A stretch of DNA of 64,000 nt, taken from NCBI RefSeq assembly GCF_006345805.1, contig NW_021835125.1:1-64000 (forward strand), read 5' to 3'. A program made the position numbers and the translations under genes. Position 1 is the stretch's first letter. Each line of letters opens with the position of its first letter. The DNA is from Octopus sinensis. Its lineage: Eukaryota. The notes beneath the pieces were generated by a model. That model did not search any database, was not told the origin of the DNA, and saw nothing but the letters and a program-made list of their open reading frames with translations. Positions 1 to 13,123 of the stretch are shown in pieces.

Positions 1-321
1 ACATGCAAATGCAGAATATTTACGTACATGTATAAATATGTGCACACACAGAGAAGCGTGTGTGAGCGCACGGACACACATACACACACATATATGATGG
101 GAGAGAGAGAAAGAGAAAGACAGACAGAGAAACAGAGATATAAGATATAGATGTATACATCAAGAGATAGATGGAGTACATAGATAGCTAAATATATATA
201 TATAGATGAATAAATGTGTGTGTATTTATATATATACATGTATATGCGTGTGTATATATATGTATGTATTTATACACACACATATATGATATATATATGT
301 ATATACCATATATGTAGAATA

Positions 322-374
<53 letters not shown>

Positions 375-457
375 CTATCATCTATCTATCTATCTCTCTA
401 TCCATCTATCTATCTAGGTATACAGATATATAAATACCTAGATAGATAGATAGATAT

Positions 458-512
<55 letters not shown>
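322..512. repeat. (TATC)n / (GATA)n microsatellite pair in inverted orientation
   Basis: A TATC array ends in ...tctaggta (420); after a 14-nt spacer tacctaga... (435) starts the GATA array. Confidence 0.9.
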
Positions 513-599
513 CATGAAACGCTTACATATGCAACAATGCAATGTAACGCTTTCAAACTAGTTGAAACCTGCACTAATTTCTCAAAATTTTCGTCTTGC

Positions 600-1100
600 A
601 ACATTTTCAATTTTCTTGACTGTCCATTATTTACACTGCGTTCCTTTTGTTTGTTTGTGCGCATGTGTGTGTGTGATCGTGAGTGTGTGCCTATGTATGC
701 ATGCATGTACATATGTATGTGTGTATGTATGCATGCATATATATGTAAGTATATATGTGTGTGTGTGCATCTGTATGTATGCATCCTGTATATTCACGTG
801 CTTGCATGTCCGTGTTTGTGTATTTTCTATGTATGTGTGTGTGAGCGTCTGTTTGTATATGTGTGTACCTCTGTCTCCTTGTGTGAGCATATCTGTGTTT
901 GTGTGTGTTATGCAACTATGTACCATCTTTGTATGTATGGATGGATGTGCATCTCTATATGTGTGGACCCGTGTCTCCATATGTGTCCTTGTGTGGAGTA
1001 AAGTGTGTGTGTATATATGGTCATGTGTGTCAGTCTCCATTTGCGTATGTGTGCTTGTATGTCCTCATAACCTATGTACCTATCCGTCTGTATGTTGATC
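600..1100. repeat. Degenerate (TG/TATG)n low-complexity tract
   Basis: Interrupted TG/TATG repeats; source of the C/V/Y/M-rich spurious ORFs. Confidence 0.85.
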
Positions 1101-2830
1101 TGTTTATTTTCATATCCATATGCTTACATATGCCAAAGAAAATTTTAGGAAAATAAAAATAAGAAATAAGTGGAAATGTTATCGGTGAGTGTGTTACATT
1201 ATACGGCAAAAAAAAGAAAATGACTCTCTCCAAACACAACAGAATATGCTTCAACACACGAACTCATATAAAGAATCTTGCAAACCAAATTCGAAAACGA
1301 AATATCTATAAATGGTTTTCCTTTTTCTTTCTTAATTTTTGCGCACTCCGATTTTGTAGGATCTATACAAGTTTTCATCAAACTATTTTTTTTTCAAACC
1401 AAGAGCAATAAACGGAGCCAGTTTAATTAAATGTGTATACACTCCATGGGTAGGTGAATTCCCTGTGGTCCTATTACAGTTAGGAAAACGTTGAGAATGG
1501 ATGCAACGATTAGGTAAAAAGAATAATAGGTAGAAATAAGAGTAGAAAATATACCAAGAAAATGCAATATATGTGCTGAAAGCATAAGGCAAACAGTAAC
1601 GTCTCTCTCTCTATATATAATGAGCATTTAGAAACGTCGGGAGATATAGAATAGATTATTCTTAACAACGTTGAAACTCAAAGAGGATAGCATTTAGAAT
1701 AGCAGGTTAAAATAGACTTATCTACTTCATACTTCGCGAAGTTTGAAACAACACTTCTTAAGTGGATGGATACATTTAAATTGTTAAGTTGATTTACACG
1801 TTAATACACCCGGCTTATGTAGCGAAGATGTGCGTTCGAATAACTCGTGTAGCATTTTTTCTATTCAATATTTTAAATTCCGTATTATATATGGAACTAT
1901 TATTAGCTTCAAATTATAAATTTATAACTGCATCTAAATTGAGTTCCACCAATAAACATTATTCACCACGCAGACACTCGTATTTGCACACACATACACA
2001 CACACACATAAATGTGTGTGTGCACGTGTGTATGTGTTTGTCTGATACTGGTAGTTCCATTTTTTTGTTTCAATGTTATAAATACATTTTTTATAGTTTT
2101 TGTTGTTTAATATATCACGTCTTGAGCAGACGATTAGGGTCTGAACAAAAGTTATTCTTTTCTGTTCTAAGGAGCAAAATTTCGAAAAGAAAATACTTCT
2201 TTTCGAAATGTTGAAAAAAAGAAATTATTATGGTATTGTCTTTGTCACCGAACCAAGAGAAGAAGAAGGTGGGAAACGGTTTTGAAGGCGAAATTCACTT
2301 TCGCAGTCAATCTCAAGCAGCCAATCTATGGAACATGGCAAGAGACAAGTAGCAGCAGAATCAGTAGCAACGATAAAAACAGCAGCAACAACAACATCAA
2401 CACCAACAAGACCAACAGAAGCAAGGCCGACCAAAGCAATGACAAGAACGAACAAGAAAAACTGGGAAAAGAAAAGCAAAATCTTTAGACATAACGTGAA
2501 AATCTAGCCACCATCAGCACCATTATCTGCATTAACGCCATTACAGTTCAGTGACTGACAACGACAAAAGGCACAGATTAAATGCTGGCAGCTCTGTAGC
2601 TGCGCTGCGTCAAGCAGAAGAAGATATAAAGATGCCAATGAATATGCAAGAATCATGTTAAAAAGAAATGTAAGAAACGCTCCTCTTCACAACCCTGAAA
2701 TTATTGGAAAGGACACGCACAGAAAGGCAATAATATGAAAACGATAAGAATAATAAATGTGTTGTAGATAACAACAGGTGACAAGGCAAGAAATTGAGAA
2801 ACGAGGAAGTCTTGTGTGAGACAGGTAACC

Positions 2831-3260
2831 TTACTCTTTACTCTCTTTTACTCTTTTACTCGTTTCAGTCATTTGACTGCGGCCATGCTGAAGCACCGCC
2901 TTTAATCGAGAAACTCTACCCCGGGACTTATTCTTTTGTAAGCCCATTACTTATTCTATCGGTCACTTTTGCCGAACCGCTAGGTGACGAGTACGTAAAC
3001 ACACCAGCTTCGGTTGTCAAGCAATTCTAGGGGGCCAAACATAGACACACAAACGTATACACACACATACATATACATATATATATATACATATATACGA
3101 CAGGCTTCTTTCAGTTTCCGTCTACCAAATCCACTCACAAGGCTTTGGTCGGCCCGAGGCTATAGTAGAAGACACTTGCCCAAGGTGCCACGCAGTGGGA
3201 CTGAACCCGGAACCATGTGGTTGGTAAGCAATCTACTTACCACACAGCCACTCCTGCACC
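2831..3260 (-). mobile_element. tRNA-derived SINE, family A (local name), full length
   Basis: Reverse complement of the copies at 16489/22112/37193: head ggtgcaggagtggctgtgtggtaag, B-box-like ggttcagtccc, CORE-like ccttgggcaagtg, internal TA/TG tract, (gagtaaaa)n tail. Confidence 0.9.
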
Positions 3261-3580
3261 TACATGGCAAAGAAGAAATAGCTCTGTAAAAGAGCGATTT
3301 GCCACATAGGAAGAGACAGGGAAAGCTTGCTTTCCACTTTGATTCTTAAAAATGACTTTTAAAAGATTTTGACTGATTCTGGTTCCTATATATTAATACT
3401 TGGGAGAATGAGTAGCGGAAGTTAAAATTGGAGACATACCATCAGAGAGATACATCTAATGTCTAGTGGCCAATATCCTGCAGTTACGGAATGGCGATGA
3501 ACTTAGCAAAATTATTAGGACTTTGGACAAAATGCATCAAGGCATTCCGTCCAGCGCTTCGTGTACTGGTTTCAAATAAT

Positions 3581-3986
3581 CTTTTCTACTCTAGGCACAA
3601 GGCCTGAAATGTGGGGGAGGGGACTGGTTGATTACATAGAGCCAGGTGTTTCGCCGGTACTTAATATATCCCCCGAAAAGTTGAAAGGCAGAGTCGACTT
3701 CGGCGGAATTTGAACTCACAACGTAACGACAGACGAAATACCGCTAAGCATTTCGCCCGGCGTGCTAACATTTCTTATTTTTTTATTGCCCACAAGGGGC
3801 TATAGAGGGGACAAACGAGGACAAACAAAGACATCGACCCCAGTGTGTAACTGGTACGTAATTTATCGACTCCGAAAGGATGAAAAGTAAAGTCGACCTC
3901 GGCAGAATTTGAACTCGGAAAGTAACGGCAGACAGCTAAGCATTTCGTCCGGCATACTAACGTTTCTGCCAGCTCGCCGCCTTAGG
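3581..3986 (-). mobile_element. tRNA-derived SINE, family C (local name), head-to-tail dimer
   Basis: Two units sharing gtcgacttcggcggaatttgaactc; head ggcggcgagctggcagaaacg on minus; perfect 13-bp flanking repeat ggtttcaaataat (3568-3580, 3987-3999). Confidence 0.88.
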
Positions 3987-4194
3987 GGTTTCAAATAATG
4001 CGATGCTGACATTTCTCTTCATCGTTTTTAGTGAAGATAAAATGATCATCGCTTGATCAGTGGAGTCGAAGTAATTAGCTGTACTCTCGTCTAGAATTGC
4101 TGACTTTGCGTCAAAATTTGAGATTACGTTTTTCATTTGTTACGTTCCGACTTCACATTCCAACAACGTCGATAATTCTTTCATTCGTTTAGAG

Positions 4195-4412
4195 CAGTGG
4201 TTTTCAACCAGGGTTCCGCAGAACCTTGGATTCCGCCGGTACAGTGCAGGGGTTCCGCAAGAAGTTACAAAACTGCTAAAATCGGCAGTAATTTTTAAGT
4301 CTCCTGTGCAGATATGTGAGCATAAGACTATTAAATGATTGCACAGGGGTTCCTCGAGCCAGTGGAATGTTTCCTTGGGGTTCCGCTCAAGCAAACAGTT
4401 TGAAAAGCACTG
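4195..4412. mobile_element. hAT (Charlie-like) MITE
   Basis: Imperfect TIRs cagtggttttcaa / ttgaaaagcactg and a perfect 8-bp TSD gtttagag (4187-4194, 4413-4420); 8-bp TSD with CAG ends is the hAT hallmark. Confidence 0.9.
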
Positions 4413-5229
4413 GTTTAGAGAGTCGATGTGTACAATTTGGGCATTACGGTTGAGGTAATTCACTTACCACTCCAGCTAAAATACTAGCTTCGTAACAAAA
4501 TTTGAAACAAAAACTTTTTATTATTATTTTAATAATATCTGGATTTGATTTTCTGTATTTAGCCTCATTCGACTCTTTCTTGGACTATTTCCTTAAAAAA
4601 GTACACACACACACACACACACACGCATATATATATATAGCTATTTTCAATTTGCGATTCCATTATTCAGTCTCGAATCGAAGTATTTTGTTTATTGGCT
4701 TCTAATTTTAGAGCCTAAATGTAAGAGACTTTTCATATTTTACAAAATTGCAAACTTATTTTTCAGTTGAGATTAAATCTATAAGAAAAATGATAGAAAT
4801 AGTTTTGCTTATCCTTAAACATTTTATTTTGTTCTGCTTTTTTTGAAAGCCTTTTTGATTTAATTTTGTTTGAGATGAAAAAGTATTCTTAAATTTAATT
4901 GGAATTGAAATATTTTTTTTTTCGGATTCGATAGTGCTTCTTTAATTTTCATTTTCCGTCTTTATAATGTCTATCAATTGTTAGTAATTTAAGATATCAT
5001 TTTAAAATACCGAGGTTTTTAAGTCGAAGAAATTGTTGAAAAAAATATTATCCTATTCAAGTATTTCTAAATTTGGACAATTATCGTGCATTTGAATGCT
5101 GACCCAATAAGATTTCAATCTACGACACACACACACACATACACATACACGTATACACACACACACACACATACACACACACACACACATACACATATAT
5201 AATAATATATATATATATATATACACATA

Positions 5230-5278
<49 letters not shown>

Positions 5279-5519
5279 GTGTGTGTATATATATATATGC
5301 ATGCTCGCACATACGCACATATATATGTATGCACGCACATATATACACATGGATCTATGTAGGTGGACATGTTTGTATGTATAAAGAGCTTCTGTATTGT
5401 TTTCAGCAACAAAAATCGATTTGCAAAAATTGAACCACAAAAAGCAAGGTTCGATCTCCCATACCGGAGTTTTTTCCTGCTCAATGGCCTCTAAGTGAGT
5501 CTTTGAACGCCATATCCAT

Positions 5520-6700
5520 ATCAGCGCCATTTCTAACTGAAATATAGCTTACAGAGATTTTGAGGCGAGAACCGTTAAATTATTATCTTTCTGCCTTATT
5601 TTACTGTTGCTTAATGGCGGCTTTGATTTCAATTACTGTTTCATTATTTACTTTGAAATTATTGCTGTCATCAATGGGCATGAAGGCATTTTATTTCACG
5701 AGACGGTGAGGCAGCAGTAAACTTGTTGCATGGTCTATATATTCCAATTCTTTGTTAAGACTGCAAGGTGTAGTTTGTGGGGAATTAAGCTTGTAAGTGC
5801 AGCGGCATCGAAGAAGATCAATAATATCTATGCGAAATAGCGTACATCATTTCAGGTGATTCCTCTCCCCTATGTTAGGTTAGCAGTTGAGTGATGTATG
5901 CGGCTTCCTTTCCCTTCACCTTTATCATGCTGCTTGGTTGGTTGGCTGGATGAAATTGCACGTTGCCTTAGATGACACTTGCAAGGTATGGGCTATTGTT
6001 TTTATGGGTGTTCTGTACTAAACGAGGAATAATTCTATTTCATAGAGAGAGAATGAAATACGTTTGTATTGAATGCGTTATCGCTCCCTTTTTTATTGTC
6101 ATCTTTTATCTTCCATTCATCAATTGTTTCTGCTGGACAAAGATTCTCAATGGTATAAAAGGTGTTAATCAGGTTGGATTTTCATTAACAAAAATGACAT
6201 CCCTGTTGGGTTCCGTATTCCCTTATTGACAATCTTTGCTGAAAATTTAATGCCGTCATTTCACTCTTCTCGGATGGAAGACTGATGAGAACTTGCAATA
6301 TTCTATTATTCATTGCAGTTGTGTTATGAAATTTGTGAGAAAATCTCTCCTTCGGTTTTATCGTTTCTTCAATATTTCCAGCCTATTGGTCTCCTTATTT
6401 AGTAAAACTTCGTGTGTCTTCTTCTAACCATACACATTTATCATTCAGTGTGCTTCTTCGCAGGAACTGTTGAACTACTCTAGTGGCAGTCCAATGGAAA
6501 AGTTATGCCTTAAGTAAATTAGGAATGACAAGTTGAATGACCCATCTTAGGATAACCTAGGTTGCTGAGTATAATTAGAGGATAACCTGTCATCTTAAGA
6601 CAGAAGATCTGATCCCGTTTCAAAGCTTGAAGTAGATTACTTGAAAGATTTTCATCGGTTTACTCCAATAAGCTTGTTTGCAAGGTTTCACGATGCTGTT
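5520..6700 (-). mobile_element. Highly decayed LINE ORF2 fragment (endonuclease/linker region)
   Basis: Minus-strand remnants read INVYG, GDF-like and EIKAAIKQ.*NKA, with many stops and frameshifts. Confidence 0.4.
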
Positions 6701-6813
6701 TCACAAAATTCTAAAGAAATGGAGCTAAATGTTCATTATATCATATTCTGAAATCTTAAGCAAAATATATTTGCGCATAATCATGCAAACACACATTTAC
6801 ATTAACATACATA

Positions 6814-6851
<38 letters not shown>

Positions 6852-6880
6852 ATAAATCTCGGAGCGAGATATACTTCACG

Positions 6881-6919
<39 letters not shown>

Positions 6920-6940
6920 ATATATATGTGTGTGTTTATA

Positions 6941-7163
6941 CGAGGGTGCGTTAAAAAGTTCAGGGATTTACGGGTGTCGTGAATGTCCTCGTGGGAGGCT
7001 TCCCCTTGCAAACTCTTTTACAGTGCTTAAGTGCTTAGAAAGCCTGAAGGACGGGTGTGATAAGTGTGTCAAACTGTGAGACGAATATGTTAATAAAATG
7101 ATAATTAACTGATTTTCGTGTATTTTGTTTTACCAAAAGCCAGGAAATTTTCAGCAACCCATG
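6941..7163 (+). mobile_element. Internally deleted mariner (MITE-like)
   Basis: TA-flanked ends cgagggtgcgttaaaaagtt / aaattttcagcaacccatg; interior encodes a mariner C-terminal remnant (LKDGCDKCVKL*DEYV). Confidence 0.7.
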
Positions 7164-7420
7164 TATATATATATATTAGTGTTCTGTCTTGCCTTCGAAA
7201 CATGCTTGAGTCTACTAGCGACAGCTGATGACGGGCTTTTTTTCCTTGTGTAGCACGTCCTGTAACTGTTTTTTTCGTTTTCTTGTTTTTTGTTTTTCCC
7301 GTTTCTACGTCTTATTGTGGTGTCCTGTACTCACGTATAATTATTTATATGTGCATGTATATATACATGTAGATGTAGGTACGTACATATATGTTTGTAT
7401 GTATGCATATTTTTTATTTA

Positions 7421-7516
7421 TCACACATACACACATATATATATATATATAGATATATACATATACATATACATATATATATATATATATACATATATAT
7501 ATACATATATATATAT

Positions 7517-7562
<46 letters not shown>

Positions 7563-7643
7563 GATATATATATATATATTATATGTATATATATATATAT
7601 ATGTATATGTATAGTATATATATATATATATGTATATGTTATA

Positions 7644-7674
<31 letters not shown>

Positions 7675-7773
7675 CCATACATATATATAATATACAGATA
7701 TATACATATACATATATATATATATATATACATATATATACATATACATATATATATATATACATATACATAT

Positions 7774-7819
<46 letters not shown>

Positions 7820-7821
7820 TA

Positions 7822-7852
<31 letters not shown>

Positions 7853-8070
7853 GTTGTGTGCACAAATCTACAATATTATACGTATGTATATGCATATACA
7901 TATATTTATATATGCATGCACGCACAATAGCGCACTCGCAAAAGTACACACTATCTCACACAAGCACACACAAGCATACTCAAACATGCAAACGCGCGCG
8001 AACACACCCACCCACCCACACACACACACACACACTCACACACACAAACACACACACACACGCACACATA
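7421..8070. repeat. Long (TA/TACA)n then (CA)n microsatellite
   Basis: Direct inspection. Confidence 0.95.
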
Positions 8071-8532
8071 AGGATGAGATACTTATTGCTGGAAATATAT
8101 TGAACGTACGTCTGCTTCTGTGCACTTGGCAGCTCATTTGACATTTTCGCATTGTTTCGTTGCCTGTAAGGACTTCATTTCTGATTTGTAATCGCAGAGA
8201 AATATCAGAAATAATATGCTAGATGCTGGTACCTCTCAGAATTTCCAATCGGTGTTCGTATTATTTTTGGTATGTTTTTCTTTGAAAAAAATGTCATCAC
8301 TAACCGTTTTCCGACGGAAGATCCTAGAAGTTTCTGTATTCTTCGTATCAGAAAAATCGTCCATTCAAACCCATTTCTACTCGTCAGGTACTTTTTATGT
8401 GTCCCATTTTTTTAAATTCTCCTACGCATCTCGATTTCAACCCACAACAGTATCCTCAGCGTCATCATGATCACCATCGCTAGCAGCAACAACACCATTG
8501 ACAGCAGCAGCAGCTCAGTGACAGCAGCAGTA

Positions 8533-8790
8533 GAGGTGCAATGGCCCAGTGGTTAGGGCAGCGGACTCGCCGTCGGAGGATCGCATTTTCGATTCCCAGA
8601 CCGGGCGTTGTGTGTGTTTATTGAGCGAAAACACATAAAACTCCACGATGCTCCGATAGGAGGTGGTGGCGACCCCTGTAGTACTCTTTCGCTCCAACTT
8701 TCTCTCACTCATTCTTCCTGTTTCTTGTCCCCGACTTCCTACGCAACCGCTGAGCCTGGACCACGTTTCGAACTTCTCCCACGAAAACCG
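8533..8790 (+). mobile_element. tRNA-derived SINE, family B head with a third type of 3' body
   Basis: Head gaggtgcaatggcccagtggttagggcagcggactcg matches 14551; diverges after ttcttcctgtttct into ccgacttcctacgcaaccgctgagcc. Confidence 0.8.
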
Positions 8791-10967
8791 CTTCGCTCAA
8801 CAACAACAGTAACAGTAACAGCAACAACAAACAAGATGGGGACAAATATCCGTCCAATGTAAATAATGTAAATAATTCCTCATCGCTTAGATATAGAACT
8901 CTTCTTACCTCTTCGAGCAAATCGCTCTTAACTACAGTAATTTCGTGACGCTAGTCATAATTTGAGAACTGCCGACGGTTTACAAAATAGCAGCAGATGA
9001 TCTGATGGATTAATTTTTTTTCAAGTCGGACTGTAGACGCGTCCTTGGTTCACTTTCGCCCCACTGCAGCTCCTTTATCTCAAATCAGTGCTAAATTCTC
9101 ACCCTTGACGAAAGAGCTCGTTGAAGTAAAACATTTGATGCACCTGATTTTACCAGCAGGTATATCACCAAAAGGTAACACAGTATTTACTTTTGTGGTG
9201 CATGAACGAAAGAAATTATTCATAAAATGTAGAATTTGTCTATGTCAATATATTTTTGCATCTTACTCTACTAATAATGTGTACGTTATTTGTTGACAGT
9301 TCCATTCTCTGTGCCCTCTTATGGTTCAACATTTACTGAAGATCTAGCCTTGAGTGTATTAAATTTTGGCATCCTTCAATTACAACTATATCTCGCATTG
9401 ATTAAAACTGACTACACGCATTGTAATGATATAGAACCTGTCGAATTCCTCTGCGAGCAAACGAAACGTGAACGCCATTCTTCATTAGAAGCATTTACTG
9501 TTGAAGTTTTTATAAAATCATAACAAAACGACTGAAATATTGGATTTCCGCCTGCAAAGTATAATAAAAAAAATTATGACAATGGTACTTAAAGCAATAT
9601 TCAGGCGAAACGTTGGCAAAAATAGTAATGAGTGAGAGAAAAATGAGGATATTCAAAATTCATGAGACCGTAGGTGTCAGTATTAATATCCTCATTACTG
9701 TCATGTATCGTTGTATGGAATAATTATTCCGGGCATTGATTGTCATCAGTCTCCTCCATTGAGAACATGAGCTGCATCTATTCATTTACATGCAGCTCTA
9801 TCTTCTGATGTGCAGTTGGCTTGCTGCTGTAATGCTCGCATATATAGGAAATGCATCTGCATATTTATTTCCTTGCACGTCTATTTCTTCTGATATGCAG
9901 TTAACTAGCAATGGTAATCTGAAAGGAGAAATACGTCTACATGTATATTGCTGTGTGGAGTTGTTCGTTCTGGCAGGCAGTTAGTTCTCAGTAATATATA
10001 TTTTATTGTTTACGGTCTTTTTGAAAGTGACTATGTTATGACACTGACTTCAAGAGGAGAGCCGATTAAATCGATACCAATATTTACTCGTATTTCCAAT
10101 TATGGAGCTGGCAAGTGTATAATTTCTGAAGTCAAAGAAACGGATCTGGATATGTTTGCAAAGAATGCAAAGGAATGTTGCAACTAAACGCGATAAATAT
10201 TCTGTCAGACGAATTAACATTTCTGCTATCCAGTTGTTGCATCAATTTGGTAGTTTAGACTATAGTCTGAAATAATAAACTTCTGCGCACGTTTCCTCAC
10301 ATACAGCAATAACTTATAACTCATTTATCTTTGTGCGAGGAACACAAAAAAACAGGTACAGACTATATTTGTACGCTTTCCTCTAATAGGCACAAGAGAC
10401 GACATTGGGGGCATATAACAGCCGATTGGTTTCATTTCATTGCTACTGGAACTATATTTTATCACCCTCGGAAAAATGAAAGGCAACGTTAAATTAGCTG
10501 GATCTGAACACAAAACCTAAATAACTAAAATAAATGTCTCGAGGTATATGTGCGATGATCTGACGATTTTGCCAATCATTAACCTTGCTCTCGCTCTTAT
10601 GATAGAAATATTTTTTATTTTAGTAATATGAATTATAATACAGCTACCAATGTAAATATGGAAGCTTCAACTCGCATATTGAGTGTTGTGGCACGCGTTG
10701 GAAAATGAGCTTTTTGTTGTTTAATTGCATGTTTTTTTTTATGTTCTCTGAAGTCCTTTGAACCCTTTGCGCTTCAGCAGTTTAGTATTAGTCGTGTAAA
10801 TAGCAGGACATTTCGTGGTTTGATATAAATGACTTTCTTTATACTCTAAATATTTGCCTTCGTAAATTTGTGAAAAATATGTAGTCTCTTAAGAGAGCAA
10901 AAAGAGAATAGCATGCCAGGATGTGTAAAGCTCCCGATAAAATACATTGCGACATTGAATTACGTCA

Positions 10968-11150
10968 AGGCAGGGAGTGGCTGGGCTGTTAGTACGTCGG
11001 ACAAAATGCTAAGCAGCATTTCTTCCGGGTATTTACGTTCCAAGTTCAGTTCCTGACGATGTCATCGTTGCGTTTTAGCCCTTCAGACTCCATAAAATAA
11101 AGTTTAAGTCATGCAGCTCCTCCACTCAAAATTGTTGGCCTTGAATTCTT
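10968..11150 (+). mobile_element. Old diverged family C-like SINE
   Basis: Degenerate match to the family C head (ggacaaaatgctaagcagcatttc...acgttccaagttcagttcc) and tail (aaaattgttggccttg). Confidence 0.5.
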
Positions 11151-11802
11151 AGAGGGACCGGCGTCCTGTTCAAGGGGCTGTTGTGGTCTGTCACTGAGAC
11201 CGAGTTACCGGGCTTATGGGACCTCAGAGGAAAGAGGAAAATGTCCGTTATGTTATTTAACATGTGAAGTTCGAATTTAAGCGGGGTTACGTTTCTTTAA
11301 TTAATTATCAGTTCTGTTACACACTAAAACTGCGACGTACAATTGTTAAATATAACGATTTTACAAAAATAATAAAGAAAGAATTATCAGAATGTGTAGG
11401 GCTTTGCTCAAAGTACGTTGAGATAATCTGTTGCATAACTTTTGACTTTAAGTTCAAATCCTACAAACGTCAGCTTTGTATTATTTTAAACAAGTACAGA
11501 TGTAGTCTTTAGCCTCTCAGTTCAATGTTAACCGTCATTTGTTTAGACTTACAGTCTGGAAGATTAAAGAAAATATTATATTGTGATCTCTTGTCTAACC
11601 CAGATTCCTTATACCTTTCATACACCCAGGGGTATTAAGAGAAGATAGGAATAAATAATACGGGTAGGTGTAATTATTACGTCCATTGAAATTGCCTGCG
11701 AGAAGAAACGTATGGTGCTGAGCTTAAGTTGCAAAACTTTGTTTATTTCGTAAGAGTAGTTTAAAACTGAATATAAACAAAAAATAAATAAATATTCACA
11801 CA

Positions 11803-11804
<2 letters not shown>

Positions 11805-11859
<55 letters not shown>

Positions 11860-11892
11860 TATGTATATATATATATCTATGTATGTATATAT

Positions 11893-11956
<64 letters not shown>

Positions 11957-12002
11957 TATATTATATATATATTATATATATATATATTATATATATATAT
12001 GT
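11805..12002. repeat. (TA)n/(CA)n compound microsatellite
   Basis: Direct inspection. Confidence 0.95.
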
Positions 12003-12949
12003 AATAAATTTGTTTTGCCATCTTACAGCCGGGAGATAGCATAGAATATTAGAAAATAAAATATAAACACGGCACAAGTTTTCACGTAATTATTTATGTG
12101 AACATTAAATGAAGACACCGAATGACTATAAAAAAATATATACAATAAATACACAAATACAAAAAATAAAATCCAAAGCGAAGTTAAAAACACATAAATG
12201 TTATTCTGTATTTTTAACTGAAATTGTTTATCCATTATAAATTATAATGTTTCTGAAATTGTTCCATTACAAGAAAAGCGAAAGAAAATATATGCTTTAG
12301 AAAAATGAGAAAATTGAAGAAAAAACAACGAACCGATTCTTACAAGAATCCATCCTAAGGCTGTCTGTCACGTGTGCTGCTGGCGTTAGAATATAGTGAT
12401 TGATTTGTTTCTGGTTTGTTTTTCGATAATTTATTTTAGTTATTTCCCCCCCACCGGTCTTTAATGTTGTTTAACATCCTCGCTGAAACATAACGCTCTG
12501 TTTATCTATTCGTGTCGCCCACATATCCTCACGTCTCAAAAAGACACTCTTACTTTTTAATCCCCATTAAGTGAGGGCGCAATTATGTTGATTCATATCT
12601 ATACACATACAGTCACGCATACATTTATATATGCAAAGAAGGGTGTAGCCATGCACTGTACGGAGGGTGGAGTTGTCAATTATTAAAATAGATCCAACAT
12701 TAGCCGCCTAATTTACATGAAACAGTGTTACAGTGGAGACCAAATAGCAATTATATTTGCAGAGAGAGGCGGAACGGGGATATTATCAGAATCAGTTGAA
12801 ATGATTCTGCTTACGGTGGTGTTTGACGAAATCACACTCACCACCACACCACCACCGCAACCACCACCACTATATGTGATTTTATTTCTCACTCCTTCAC
12901 CGTCTCTCTCTCTCTTTCTCTCCTTATATATGTGTAATATATATTATAT

Positions 12950-12982
<33 letters not shown>

Positions 12983-13088
12983 CCACACACAATACGAGTA
13001 ATGTAAAAAATATATAGTGGCGTGTTTATTGGCTAAACTGGCAACATGACCATCCCTAAATACTACAATATATATATATACATACTCA

Positions 13089-13123
<35 letters not shown>

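Noticed and set aside
214-1156. Many long ORFs rich in Y/I/C/V/H/T here and at 5.1, 7.4, 18.4, 30.2, 48.2, 53.3 and 56.8 kb
   Set aside because: They are translations of TA/TG/CA/TATC microsatellites, which lack stop codons in several frames.
2228-2488. S/N/K-rich ORFs on both strands
   Set aside because: Driven by CAA/CAG repeats; no domain motif and no convincing splice sites.
6284-6335. CTGATGA ... GAAA resembling a hammerhead core
   Set aside because: Stem II does not abut GAAA and no stem I or III can be formed; it lies within a decayed LINE.
8533-8605. tRNA-like sequences at SINE heads (also 14551, 16489, 29361 and others)
   Set aside because: They have A/B-box-like motifs but no full cloverleaf and continue into SINE bodies; not tRNA genes.
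9500-10270. Possible protocadherin pseudogene on the minus strand (YQIDATTG; hydrophobic stretch ending CRRK)
   Set aside because: Fragments are in different frames with many stops and lack DxNDN, DxD and LDxE motifs in register.
12360-12800. Unique DNA rich in TAAT/homeodomain-like and octamer-like words (also about 19.0-19.25 and 48.8-49.1 kb)
   Set aside because: Short AT-rich motifs are expected by chance at this base composition; enhancer status cannot be supported without conservation or chromatin data.
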